A stretch of 64,000 nucleotides of DNA from Candidatus Poribacteria bacterium (GCA_963663765.2 CAXXUA010000005.1:1504001-1568000); one strand, 5' to 3'. Numbered from the stretch's first letter, positions 29,101 to 39,403 are shown. Program-made: numbers and translations. The notes: generated by a model from the sequence alone, not told the origin.

Positions 29101-30549
29101 CGAGAACGTATCACGCCACCTTTTACAGATGGTGGAATTCGGGAGTGGGGTGAAAGTGAAAATAGGGAGGAAGGTCCTCCTCCAGTACAAATGGATTTTA
29201 AGGATTACACACTTAAAAGCTTAACAAAAGTCGATGATTCTGCTCCAGCTGAATATAAGCGTGTTAAAGCCAATGTTTATTGGCGGATATACGATTTAGG
29301 ATTTTCATTGGAGAGTTTTGGAGAAATTGATCGTTGGCTTGCTGAAGATAATTCTAGAAAATTTGGTAGATCAGGAGATGGCAGAAAAATAGACAGATAC
29401 GGCAAGAAATACTCTTGGATTGCATATTATGAACTTGCTGGATTTCGAAAAGATGATAATTTACTATCAGATTACTATGACAGGACACGCTCTTTATATA
29501 TAGATATTGATCCAAGTTTTCCCGATGAACACCGAGAGTATAATTTAGCCAGAGAAGATTTTTTAGGTGATCGTGAAACGTCTACAGAACAGTGGGTTTT
29601 CAAGACCCCACATCCAAATTTGACATCGTATTTAAAAAAAGATGGTCTCTGTGGTGAAAAAGGAACCTGGATTCTGTTAAGTGGATTCCTGAGTCAGAAA
29701 GACAATCAAGTCAATCGTGATATGTTTTCCTTTTTGCAGGGACTGATTGTAAAATCCGAAGAGGTTGAGGAAATTGTTGAGATTTTGAAGAAGCAGGAGA
29801 AAATAGATAGGAGTACCCTACCGTACTGTCCGGAGGACGGTTACACATATGCAGATGAAATACCGTGGTGTGATACATATCCAGATAATAGTTGGGAAGA
29901 GGTGTCATTTAAGATAGGAACGATTATAGTTCCGGAAGAACAGCAAGTCATTCTATGCGATAGTGAACCTGTATCCGAAGAAGAATTGCAATCATTCTGG
30001 GATAGTATCGTGGATCTGATTGAACCAGAAGATTCTTTTGCAAAATTATTAGGATTCTGTGGTATAAACAGTATTACGAATCTAATTGGAACAAGGAATT
30101 GGGAATTGATTGAAGCACAATTGCACAAGCGAGGCTTTGAGTTGACAACGGAAACGGTCAATGTTGAACAGCCAGAATATCAGGAATTTGAGATGTTAGT
30201 TCCGGTAAGGGAAAACCACTGGTCGGATTCCAGTAATGCAGCCGTTCCTAGTCGAAGTGTAGCAATTCCAATTCGGCAGATTGCAGAAACCTTTAGTTTA
30301 TATGGTCATCCCCAGAGTTTTGATCTATTTGAAAAGGATGACAAACGTGCGTCAATAACCTTTTGCTATGGCGAGGAATGGAAAGACAAGCAGGATTTTA
30401 CATATCTACGTGAAGATTTACTGGAACGTTATCTGGCAAAGATAGGTGCAGAACTAATTTGGGTAATCTGGGGAAACCGACGTTTAGTATCTGAAAATCC
30501 TGGAGATCCGTATAAGAATTTTCATGAGGTAAAAATATATCGCCAGTGA
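26128..30549 (+). CDS. REase-STAND/NACHT ATPase, Avs2-like (AVAST) antiviral protein
   Basis: N-terminal FEELC..GDGVE..WGWQAKF nuclease; GDAGIGKT and LIIDGLNE; WILTSTVRPLRDIATRAL and DRYGKKYSWIA motifs; 1473 aa; ATGA overlap with hsdM. Confidence 0.82.
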   Translation: MIDWSKLKQYERDQPRSFEELCYQIAKGLHGDEGRFTFIDDSGGGDGVEFYLTLPNGDQWGWQAKFYHPNKRLSNSSRKQSIIKSLKKACKMHPRLKKWILCTPTEFTTHKDKNNEQDWFDNILPKSIPEKMDVELIHWGDSEFNNWLSEPRFSGKRNYFFGELELDFDWFKTQFDKQMVGVGDKYDSSLHTETNVDAEVHALLGDKAFVQQIYGWIVKLEEELTDLKDAINNINSPIPYIEWNGEERSKVIKAAESLQDFLLNINIQLKQTGDLLVEKDFSEVQSIDWRFALDQLHKTFNAYRKVVMESGITKMKCTTEKQYENQVLNYASSIVHGPDNLVARLLDKFFPSVIWQNGLINESDLHILGDAGIGKTHIACNICDDRLKNGLPALFVRGSQFRTDQAVEVQLRELLDIPPSYSWHDFLQALSAAAEAYHTRIPLIIDGLNESVQNGTFSNIWEFGLKGLVQEIAQTKNVVLITTCRGSYKEAIWKEVSPREDIILGMVIWKDKDSLNLVYAYGFYTDEVKQEAIEKYFNTYKIKADLTLAPLRQFEHPIYLKIFCETKNRERKTVKEIYVGEQTLFEVFEEYLNRCNRAVCERLGRHPKTNIVKPALNKMAEYLWQHSSREIPFEELVRIVDGQPREHLDWPSSKTRAIESEGLLVYRDWTGVGEVMHFTYDLLGGYLIAKYLVEQAADDVHGFLNSKETTAVLFGKDHQNLHPMHEDISRCLAALLPAKTGHFLHELSDNEKIFGLSIRALFEISPQDITENCIRLVANFFDEYKENRDWFLNLAETTVGHSDHPFNTSFWSDQLSALSMVERDLSWTEHIRNNREKFEELVKRFEKTSRNDKDISELSAKRLHLLAEYIMWILTSTVRPLRDIATRALYWYGRRFPQEFFDLVMKSFTINDSYVSERMLAATYGIAMARQNDFDDTSFVDEMLPKYAEQLYESMFKPNAPHATTHILARDYAKRTIDIALIHHPTLLSDERERITPPFTDGGIREWGESENREEGPPPVQMDFKDYTLKSLTKVDDSAPAEYKRVKANVYWRIYDLGFSLESFGEIDRWLAEDNSRKFGRSGDGRKIDRYGKKYSWIAYYELAGFRKDDNLLSDYYDRTRSLYIDIDPSFPDEHREYNLAREDFLGDRETSTEQWVFKTPHPNLTSYLKKDGLCGEKGTWILLSGFLSQKDNQVNRDMFSFLQGLIVKSEEVEEIVEILKKQEKIDRSTLPYCPEDGYTYADEIPWCDTYPDNSWEEVSFKIGTIIVPEEQQVILCDSEPVSEEELQSFWDSIVDLIEPEDSFAKLLGFCGINSITNLIGTRNWELIEAQLHKRGFELTTETVNVEQPEYQEFEMLVPVRENHWSDSSNAAVPSRSVAIPIRQIAETFSLYGHPQSFDLFEKDDKRASITFCYGEEWKDKQDFTYLREDLLERYLAKIGAELIWVIWGNRRLVSENPGDPYKNFHEVKIYRQ

Positions 30550-30599
30550 AATGTAGATAATATTTTGGCACAGCTTGGATTGAATAGGAAAGCATTGTA

Positions 30600-31877
30600 A
30601 TGAGTCTTAATAATTTACCTGCACATTGGAAGTTAGTGAGTTTTGGAGATGTTACCACATTTACAAGGAAACCGAGCGAATTACGATATTCAGAATATAA
30701 TGAAATTCCGTTTGTGCCTATGGAATTGATTCCAGTCTCCAAATTATTTTCAGAAGTATTTACACTCAAACCAAGCAATAAACTGACTAGTGGAACTTAT
30801 TTTGAACCAGGTGACATCCTTCTTTCAAAAATTACACCTTCTTTTGAAAATGGAAAACAGTGCATCATTGAGGAATTACCAACCCCTTTTGGTATAGCTA
30901 CAACTGAGGTGATTCCAATTCGGGAAGTGGAAGGTGTTAGTGATAAATTCTACCTTTTTTATTTTTTATTACTTTCTGACGTTCGAAGTTTGCTTGCGGG
31001 AAGAATGCAAGGAACGACTGGACGTCAGCGGCTAAATAAAGAAGCACTTGTTAACTTGGAAATTCCACTACCCTCGCTACCCGAACAACGCGCCATTGCC
31101 CACATCTTACACACAATCCAAGATGCAAAGTTCACCCGGCAACGCGAAATTGCATTAGAACGCGAACGCAAAGCAGCGTTAATGGATTTTCTTTTTTCTC
31201 ACGGCACGAAAGGCGAACCCCGCAAGCAGACAGAGATAGGCGAGATTCCTGAGAGTTGGGAAACTGTGTGTTTTGCAGATGCGGCTATATTTACAAAGAA
31301 ACCAAAGGACTTACGATATTCAGAATATAATCAAATTCCGTTTGTGCCGATGGAGTTGATTCCAATTGCAAAACATTTTTCTGAGGATTTCATACTCAAA
31401 ACGAATAATGAGCTAAAAAGTGGAACTTATTTTGAACTTGGTGACATTCTTCTTGCTAAAATTACACCATCTTTTGAAAATGGGAAACAGTGTATTTTTA
31501 AGGATTTGCCAACGCCATTTGGTATTGCTACGACCGAAGTAATTCCAATTCGGGAAGTGGAAGGCATTTCTGATATATCTTACCTTTTCTACTATCTATT
31601 ACTTCCGAATGTTCGCACTTCGCTTGCAGGAAAGATGCAAGGGACGACTGGTCGCCAAAGGTTAAACAAAGAAGCACTTGTTAACTTGGAAATACCTCTA
31701 CCCCCACTTTCTGAACAACGCGCCATTGCCAACATTTTCCGAGCAATTGACGATAAAACAGCAGCCCTTGAACGAGAAATTGAACTCATAGATGAACTCT
31801 TCCACGCGATGCTTGAAGAACTCATGACAGGGCAAAGATCTGCTGTGCCGCTAATTGACGATGAGATGCACGTGTGA
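30600..31877 (+). CDS. hsdS: Type I R-M specificity subunit with two near-identical TRDs
   Basis: LPAHW, IPLPSLPEQRAIA, GEIPESW, IPLPPLSEQRAIA, LMTG. Confidence 0.95.
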   Translation: MSLNNLPAHWKLVSFGDVTTFTRKPSELRYSEYNEIPFVPMELIPVSKLFSEVFTLKPSNKLTSGTYFEPGDILLSKITPSFENGKQCIIEELPTPFGIATTEVIPIREVEGVSDKFYLFYFLLLSDVRSLLAGRMQGTTGRQRLNKEALVNLEIPLPSLPEQRAIAHILHTIQDAKFTRQREIALERERKAALMDFLFSHGTKGEPRKQTEIGEIPESWETVCFADAAIFTKKPKDLRYSEYNQIPFVPMELIPIAKHFSEDFILKTNNELKSGTYFELGDILLAKITPSFENGKQCIFKDLPTPFGIATTEVIPIREVEGISDISYLFYYLLLPNVRTSLAGKMQGTTGRQRLNKEALVNLEIPLPPLSEQRAIANIFRAIDDKTAALEREIELIDELFHAMLEELMTGQRSAVPLIDDEMHV

Positions 31878-32042
31878 GGAATTTTCAATAAAGATGGGTG
31901 GGCATCAGTTCCATCAAAAGGTGGTCATCGGCAGTATAAACATCCAACAAAAAAAGGTAAGGTGACAGTATCTGGTAAAATGGGCAAAGATGTCCCGAAA
32001 GGCAAACTCAACAGCGTTCTGAAACAAGCAGGACTCAAGTAA
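31878..32042 (+). pseudogene. hicA: HicA toxin remnant lacking an in-frame start (absent from the ORF track)
   Basis: Translates GIFNKDGWASVPSKGGHRQYKHPTKKGKVTVSGKMGKDVPKGKLNSVLKQAGLK*, in frame directly after the hsdS TGA. Confidence 0.8.
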
Positions 32043-32123
32043 TGAGTTGGAATAGCACGGTTCGCGGTCGTGTTATCTGAAAGCCCTGAAACAAGCAGGT
32101 ATTGAGCAATAAGGGATAAACGA

Positions 32124-33527
32124 ATGGATTATGTTGTAATTTATGAAAAGGGCGATAGCAGTTATGGTGCTTATGTTCCCGATCTCCCAGGATGTATAGC
32201 TGTAGGAGAGACACTGGAAGAAGTCCAGACATTAATTGATGAAGCTATTGAATTTCATATTGAAGGATTACAAGAAGACGGTGACGATGTTCCGCAACCT
32301 TCTTTAAACATCCCTATTCAGTATGATATTCCATACCTTGGCATACACAAAGTCGTCGAAAACTATGTACATAACGACGATCCTGCTCTCTTTTCATGTC
32401 AAGACTTTGCAAGCCATCTTTACCTTGTTACCGCTGGTGAAAACGAACAACATAAAACCTGGCTCCGTGTTGAAATTTCTAAAGAACGTTTTAAGCTCAT
32501 CCGCTCTGGTGGAATAGACCTTCGGAATGCATTTACCGATGCTGAAAATGGCATCCTGTTCCAAGTAAAACTTCCACAAGGTGATTCAACAGACCCATCG
32601 CTGAAAGTCATCCATCCCAATCAAATCGCCGAGGAAATGCTCCCGCTGCAGGGTGAACGTCTCGGACTAAAAACCAATACACTTCCACCACTCCGTAGTC
32701 CACAAGAAATAGCATCATCTTCTGTTAGAGAATTTATTGAAATTGCTTTCAACTATCCTGGGGTTTTCAGAACTGAAGCACCTATTGAATCTTTAGGCAA
32801 AATACTAACCGGATTACAACAAGTAATCAACAGAATCGGTGCGAAATGTGTTAATTCAACATCTAAGAAGAAACCCGAAGACATCAGAAGCAATATGGGA
32901 ATCTCACTCTTAGAAGTTGGTGAAGGCTCATTTGAAATACAGCTTGCATCGACAGAGTATGTCGATTTAGTCAAAGATTCTGATCTTGGAAATGCAATGA
33001 ATGAATTTGTGAAAATTCTTATTTCTGGATGTAATCAAGACCAATTGAAAACACTCATGGAACAATTAGGACCAAAGGTTGCTAAGGGTTATGCTAATTT
33101 CCTCAAACCACTCAGTAAATCTGTATTAGATACTAAATTTACGTGGACATCGCCAAATCCAGACCGCGGTGGTACTGCACAACTTTCCCAATCACAAATG
33201 ATAAAGGTTATTGATATTCTTGAGAAAATTCAAGAAGAAACATTAAAAACAATCAAAATCTCTGGAACATTAGTCGGTATCTCTCTCATATCCAAATTAT
33301 TTGAGATAGAAACGTCCGATGATAACTATTATGAAAAAAACTATTTTAAAGGAAAGATCACGGATGAAGCTTTTGAGACTGAAATCGTAAAGAACGCTAC
33401 AGTAAGCCAGCCATATACTGCAGAAATACAAGGATTCGCTGAAATTGGTGAGACCAAAGATGAATCCAAAATTAAGTTCCGACTACTCAGCCTTAGTCAG
33501 AAATCATTACCCGATGCAGCCAAATAA
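32124..33527 (+). CDS. HicB antitoxin domain fused to a DUF6575-like and an unknown C-terminal domain
   Basis: YVVIYEKG..YGAYVPDLPGC.A.GET.EE (HicB), then P.LFSC..WL.V.IS.ER...IRSGGIDLR.AF. Confidence 0.78.
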   Translation: MDYVVIYEKGDSSYGAYVPDLPGCIAVGETLEEVQTLIDEAIEFHIEGLQEDGDDVPQPSLNIPIQYDIPYLGIHKVVENYVHNDDPALFSCQDFASHLYLVTAGENEQHKTWLRVEISKERFKLIRSGGIDLRNAFTDAENGILFQVKLPQGDSTDPSLKVIHPNQIAEEMLPLQGERLGLKTNTLPPLRSPQEIASSSVREFIEIAFNYPGVFRTEAPIESLGKILTGLQQVINRIGAKCVNSTSKKKPEDIRSNMGISLLEVGEGSFEIQLASTEYVDLVKDSDLGNAMNEFVKILISGCNQDQLKTLMEQLGPKVAKGYANFLKPLSKSVLDTKFTWTSPNPDRGGTAQLSQSQMIKVIDILEKIQEETLKTIKISGTLVGISLISKLFEIETSDDNYYEKNYFKGKITDEAFETEIVKNATVSQPYTAEIQGFAEIGETKDESKIKFRLLSLSQKSLPDAAK

Positions 33528-33795
33528 AAAAACGCAAAAACACGTCACATTCCTTATTCTACTTGACATCAGCACGTCACTGTGACGTGCAAAACGTCCT
33601 ACTAAAACACGATACCGAATAATGTCTTTAAGGTTGGATAAACCTAATTCGCAACTAAAGGCAAAAAAGTTACCACACGGTAACTTTTGAAAATCTCAGG
33701 TTGATTTGAACAAACGCAAACTAAAATCCGCGTCATCTGTGAAATCCGCCTAATCAGCGATTCAGATAACCAATGTAAAAAAACCTCATTTTTCC

Positions 33796-33824
33796 TTGAC
33801 AACCCAAAATAATAATGTTATAAT
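33796..33824 (+). promoter_or_regulatory. Consensus sigma70 promoter
   Basis: TTGACA-17 bp-TATAAT with extended TG. Confidence 0.75.
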
Positions 33825-33954
33825 TAATATTACATAGTGAGCATAGAGACGTGTTATAAATTCCGAATCATAGGAGCTGAATGTGAATAGGAAGTAACAC
33901 CTATCCAATATAAGTCTCAGCCATCATAGTATGTTTTTATTAAGGAGAACAGAA

Positions 33955-34605
33955 ATGCCAGAAAAGACAACGAAGACAACGAAGACGAAAAAAGAGGAAC
34001 TCACCGTTGAAACACTACAGAAAATGCCCTCGGGTATGAGAGAATATGTGGCGTATGCTTGCGGCATTGGAATTAAAATAGGCGATGTCATCGACACTAT
34101 ACTCGACTATTATAAGGAGACATATAAGTACACTAAAGACCTGAACGAAAAGGAAGCCAAATCTATTTTACGTGAATCCATCCGCACGTGCAATCCAAAT
34201 GATAAAAAGTTTTGCTACAAAAAGTACGGTGCTACGTATCGTGAAGGACGTCTATCTTATGTACGTTCTATGGGGGATGATTTACTCAAAGCATTTGAAA
34301 GGCATATAGGCAATTTGAACTTCGCTCTTGAAAAAACAGGTTTCAATTTCCACGAAGGACTAACGATTAAAGAATACGCATCTATCACAAAAGACATTGC
34401 AGAGGCGGTTTCGTTGTATCAGTCCTTAGCAGAAGCACATCAACCCGACACCGAAGCCACGTTTGATATTTTGCCCGCACTTGATAGCCAGTTGATCCTT
34501 GCACAAATAGAAGCAGCAGATAATCAAACACAAAAAGCATTACCTACAACATCGGAGGCACCAAAAGCATTACCGGATACTTCCAAAAGCAACGACTCGG
34601 AATAA
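33955..34605 (+). CDS. Hypothetical protein
   Basis: ORF with AAGGAG RBS before ATG 33955 and a strong promoter; no motif recognised. Confidence 0.7.
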   Translation: MPEKTTKTTKTKKEELTVETLQKMPSGMREYVAYACGIGIKIGDVIDTILDYYKETYKYTKDLNEKEAKSILRESIRTCNPNDKKFCYKKYGATYREGRLSYVRSMGDDLLKAFERHIGNLNFALEKTGFNFHEGLTIKEYASITKDIAEAVSLYQSLAEAHQPDTEATFDILPALDSQLILAQIEAADNQTQKALPTTSEAPKALPDTSKSNDSE

Positions 34606-34644
34606 AATTATAACGAGTTGTGCTAAATAACTATTTGTCCAACA

Positions 34645-35390
34645 TTATGGTAAATTATGGAGTTAATTATACACTTTCACAGGTAGGAGCGACCTCCTGG
34701 TCGCGACCGTCCCCTGCGTGGGTAGGAACAACCTCCTGGTCGCGACCGTCCCCTGCGTGGGTAGGAACAACCTCCTGGTCGCGACCGTCCCCTGCGTGGG
34801 TAGGAGCGACTCCTGGTCGCGACCGTCCCCTGCGTGGGTAGGAACAACCTCCTGGTCGCGACCGTCCCCTGCGTGGGTAGGAACAACCTCCTGGTCGCGA
34901 CCGTCCCCTGCGTGGGTAGGAACAACCTCCTGGTCGCGACCGTCCCCTGCGTGGGTAGGAACAACCTCCTGGTCGCGACCGTCCCCTGCGTGGGTAGGAG
35001 CGACCTCCTGGTCGCGACCGTCCCCTGCGTGGGTAGGAACAACCTCCTGGTCGCGACCGTCCCCTGCGTGGGTAGGAACAACCTCCTGGTCGCGACCGTC
35101 CCCTGCGTGGGTAGGAACAACCTACTGGTCGCGACCGTCCCCTGCGTGGGTAGGAACAACCTACTGGTCGCGACCGTCCCCTGCGTGGGTAGGAACAACC
35201 TACTGGTCGCGACCGTCCCCTGCGTGGGTAGGAGCGACCTCCTGGTCGCGACCGTATGGAGACCATGTATCAATACGGTCACGAACAGGAGGTCGCTCCT
35301 ACCAAAAAAAGAATAGGTTAATTACATGACAAATGACAACCAATATAGTAAATTGTAGAAATGTAAACTTATTTTCAAATTCCACCATAA
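34645..35390. mobile_element. MITE with 15 x 39-bp REP arms and one closing inverted arm
   Basis: TTATGGTAAATT ... AATTCCACCATAA; units GTAGGAACAACCTCCTGGTCGCGACCGTCCCCTGCGTGG from 34683 to 35228 (one 38 bp); closing arm 35279-35302. Confidence 0.88.
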
Positions 35391-37945
35391 TTGGTAAAAT
35401 TGGTAATTTTTTGTTCGGGAAAACCCTGTCATAGACAAGATTCGTGTACAGAAAAAATTACCAATTTCTCAAAAGTGTCAACACTATATCACTCTAATTG
35501 ATATTCGGAAACGATTATGTCTGAACGTTCCGCGGTCCAAGAGCCAATGCTCAAATATGCCAATGAAATCGGGTGGCAGCGAATTTCGCCATCAGATGCC
35601 ATGTGCATGCGTGATGGTGATACCGCCGCGTTATATTTTACGGATGTACTAAAAGCACAACTCTTAAAACTCAATAAAGGTGATGTAGACGAATCCAACT
35701 ACGATGACGTTATACGACAACTCAATTTGCTTAAATCCACACTTGAGGGAAATCAAAACGCGCTTTCATGGATGCACGGTAGAGAGTCAGTTTTTGTTCA
35801 CACTGAAAAACGCCAACGCAACGTTACCCTGATAGATTTTGAGAACCTTGATAATAACCTGTTTCATGTTACCGATGAATGGGAACAGAAAGGAGTTGTC
35901 CACACCAACCGCGCGGATGTGGTCTTTTTAATAAACGGTATACCGATCGCAGTAGTGGAGACGAAATCCGCTCATAAGCAGGACGGATTGTCACAAGGAA
36001 TGGATCAAATTCGCCGCTACCATCGTGAAACACCCGAGATGTTCACGACTGCACAAATCTTCGGTGTTACGCAACTGATGGATTTTTTCTATGGGGTAAC
36101 GTGGAACACCAACCGCAAAAATATATTCAATTGGAAAACAGACGTACCCAAGAACTATGAGCAGAAGGTTAAAACTTTTTTCAACCAAGAACGTATGCTA
36201 CAAGAATTGCATCGGTCTGTTATCTTCCAGAACAGAGACGACCAACTCTCTAAAGTCGTGTTGCGTCAACACCAAACGCGCGCAATAGAAAAAGTGATTG
36301 ATCGGGTTAACGATCAGAACAAACGGCGCGGACTTGTCTGGCATACACAGGGCAGCGGTAAAACTCTCACTATGATTTCAATTGCATCACGACTCCTACG
36401 CGGTGGAGAGCAGTCTGAAAAACCTACCTTGCTAATGATTGTTGACCGCAATGAATTAGAAAGCCAACTCTTTAGAAACATCACCGCTTATGGTATCAGT
36501 ACACATAGAGTTGCACAAAGCAAGGATGATTTGGAAGAAATTTTATCATCCGATTATCGCGGTTTGATTGTGTCCATGATTCACAAATTTGATAAGAAAC
36601 CAGCAGACCTCAATACTCGCGAGAGTGTAATTGTCCTAATTGACGAAGCACACAGAACCACAGGTGGGAACTTTGGGAATTATCTGATGGCTGCTGTACC
36701 GAATGCAACCTATATCGGATTTACTGGTACACCGATTGATAACCTATTTAAAGGTGAAGGCACTTTCAAAGTATTCGGCAAAGATGACGAACAGGGATAT
36801 CTTGATAAATATGGAATCGCTGAATCTATTGAAGATGGCACAACATTAAAGTTAAACTACGCACTCGCACCATCTGGATTACGGGTGGATCCAGAGATAT
36901 TAGATCAGGAATTTCTAAGCCTTGCAGAAGCGGAAGGCGTTAGCGACCCCGATGAACTCAACGTAATCCTCGACCGTGCTGTCAATTTAAAAGCAATAAT
37001 GAAAGCACCCAACAGGATAGAAAAAATCGCTAAATTTGTAGCTAAAGACTTCCAAGAAAGAATTGAACCGATGGGATTCAAGGCGTTTCTGGTCGGTGTA
37101 GACAGAGAGGCGTGTGCATTATACAAACAGGCATTGGATAAGCAACTACCATCAGAATATTCGGAGGTCGTCTATTCCAAAAATAATCAAGATAACGAGT
37201 TGATGAAAAGACATCATCATTCAGATGAGCAGGAAAAGGAAATACGCAAGAATTTCATTGACAAAAAATCGCAACCGAAAATCCTGATTGTAACCCAAAA
37301 ATTATTGACAGGTTTTGATGCACCGATCCTTTACTGCATGTACCTTGATAAACCGATGCGTGACCATGTGTTATTACAGGCAATTGCTCGTGTTAACAGA
37401 CCTTATGAAGATGATGATGGGTTGCTAAAACCTGCAGGGTTTGTCCTTGATTTTGTCGGTATCTTTGAAAACATGAAAAAGGCACTCGTCTTTGATTCTG
37501 ACGAAGTGGAAAGCGTCATTCAGAACATTGATGTTCTTAAAGAAAGGTTTGCAGAGATGATGCACGAACGCGCACAACAATACCTACCCTTTACCGAAGA
37601 CTCAGACGATAAAGCAATAGAACGTGCAATTGAACACTTTGCGGATAAGGATGACCGAGAGACATTTTTCACGTTCTTCAAACAGGCACAGAATCTCTAT
37701 AACATCATTTCACCTGATCCCTTCTTACACCCATTTTTAGAGGACTACCAAGCTTTAGCATCGCTATATAGATTAATTCGTAACGCAAATTCTGACAATA
37801 TTTCCATTGATAACGAGTTAACTGCTAAGACACAAGAACTGCTACAAACCTACACAGAAGGCAATAGGTTAGAATTACCTGATGAAGTCTATGAATTGAA
37901 CGAAACCACTTTGCAAGAATTAAATCAAAGCGATGTCCCTGATAC

Positions 37946-39403
37946 GGGTGTGTAAAGTTTTTGTCACAAGAATGTACTGAATACAGATCTTGCTTAGTAT
38001 TAGGTTAAATGGTATCCTTCTAAAAAACACTTTTTTATCAGAGAGGATACCAATGTTTAGTATATCATTAGCAAGTTGTGAAGTCGAAGAGTTTAGAGAA
38101 GATGCAATCCATTTTGTAGAAAAGATCAATAATGTTTTACACACCCTTAGTTCAGACAGTCTTTATGTAGACGCTATGGAGATAATAGCCTTAGAGACGA
38201 TGCGTTCGTTAGGTCAAATGATGTTAGAAATGGGTGTTCTCAAACATTCCGTTGAACAAGTTTCTGGATCTGTTGAATGTCCACAATGTCAACAAGCGTG
38301 TCGTCCGTATCGTAAAAGAGAACGCCGTATTACGACGCTATGTGGTGTTATTCGTGTTGACCGTTGGGTGTATCGTTGTGCTTCGGGTCATTATCATTTT
38401 CCGTGGGATACGAAAGAAAAGTTGAAAGGTCAATACACACATCGTGTAGCTGAAGTGATGTGTCGTATGTCTGCGCGTCTTGACTTCAGGGAGGCAGCAG
38501 AGGAGTTGTTTCGTCAAGGGATAGAAGTCAGTCATACGACCCTCAATCAAAATGTGCGTGAATGGTCAAAAGCGTTGCGGGATTCACAACAAGTGGAAAC
38601 ACAAAAACTTGAGGCAAATCAGCGTTGGTATGTGAGTTGTGATGGATGCCACACCAACTCACAAGAGGGGTGGAAAGAAACCAAAGTTGGTTGTATTTAT
38701 AGAGATTATCCACAACCTCCAAATAGTTCTGGTGCGACACCGAGTGCGAGAACACCAAGCATTCGTTATGTTGCGGAGCGTGAGAATGCTGCTCATTTCG
38801 GTAAAGCGTTGTATAAGTTAGCAACGCAGAGCGGCATCTATCAAGAAGATATAGGCACGCAAGAGGTCGTGTTTATCGGAGATGGAGCGGCGTGGATATG
38901 GAACTTAGCGGCTGAATACTTCCCGAATGCTGTAGAGATTGTGGATTACATGCATGCCAAATCACATCTTTATGATGTGGCTAAAGTTGCCTTTGGTGAG
39001 ACAGAAACAGAAGACGTAGAAACTTGGGTCACAGAGACAGAACCCTTTCTTTTTGATGGCAACATTCCAGAAGTTGTCTCACGTATCCGTGCTTTAGCCA
39101 CACAGCACCCAGACGTTTGTGAGATTTTAGTAAGAGAAACAGGTTATTTTGAAAAACACGCGAAACGGATGCAATATAAAACGTTTAGAGATAAGGGGTA
39201 TCAGGTTGGGAGTGGTGTGATTGAGAGTGCGTGTAAACATGTTGTGGGACAAAGGTGTAAACAAGCTTCTATGAGATGGGAGAAACCGGGTATTAATGCT
39301 GTTCTAAGTTGGAGATGTCTGTTGAAGAATAATGCCTGGGACAGATATTGGTATCCAGACACAAAAGCCGCATAACACTTAGTGACAAAAACTTTACACA
39401 CCC
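37946..39403 (+). mobile_element. ISKra4/ISLre2-like insertion sequence, 1458 bp
   Basis: 22-bp TIR GGGTGTGTAAAGTTTTTGTCAC; 9-bp target duplication CCCTGATAC (37937-37945, 39404-39412). Confidence 0.93.
38053..39375 (+). CDS. ISKra4-like (Mutator-like) DDE transposase
   Basis: CPQC, SCDG, IGDGAAWIW, VDYMHAKSHL, GSGVIESACK..MRW; ATG 38053 follows GAGAGGA. Confidence 0.9.
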   Translation: MFSISLASCEVEEFREDAIHFVEKINNVLHTLSSDSLYVDAMEIIALETMRSLGQMMLEMGVLKHSVEQVSGSVECPQCQQACRPYRKRERRITTLCGVIRVDRWVYRCASGHYHFPWDTKEKLKGQYTHRVAEVMCRMSARLDFREAAEELFRQGIEVSHTTLNQNVREWSKALRDSQQVETQKLEANQRWYVSCDGCHTNSQEGWKETKVGCIYRDYPQPPNSSGATPSARTPSIRYVAERENAAHFGKALYKLATQSGIYQEDIGTQEVVFIGDGAAWIWNLAAEYFPNAVEIVDYMHAKSHLYDVAKVAFGETETEDVETWVTETEPFLFDGNIPEVVSRIRALATQHPDVCEILVRETGYFEKHAKRMQYKTFRDKGYQVGSGVIESACKHVVGQRCKQASMRWEKPGINAVLSWRCLLKNNAWDRYWYPDTKAA

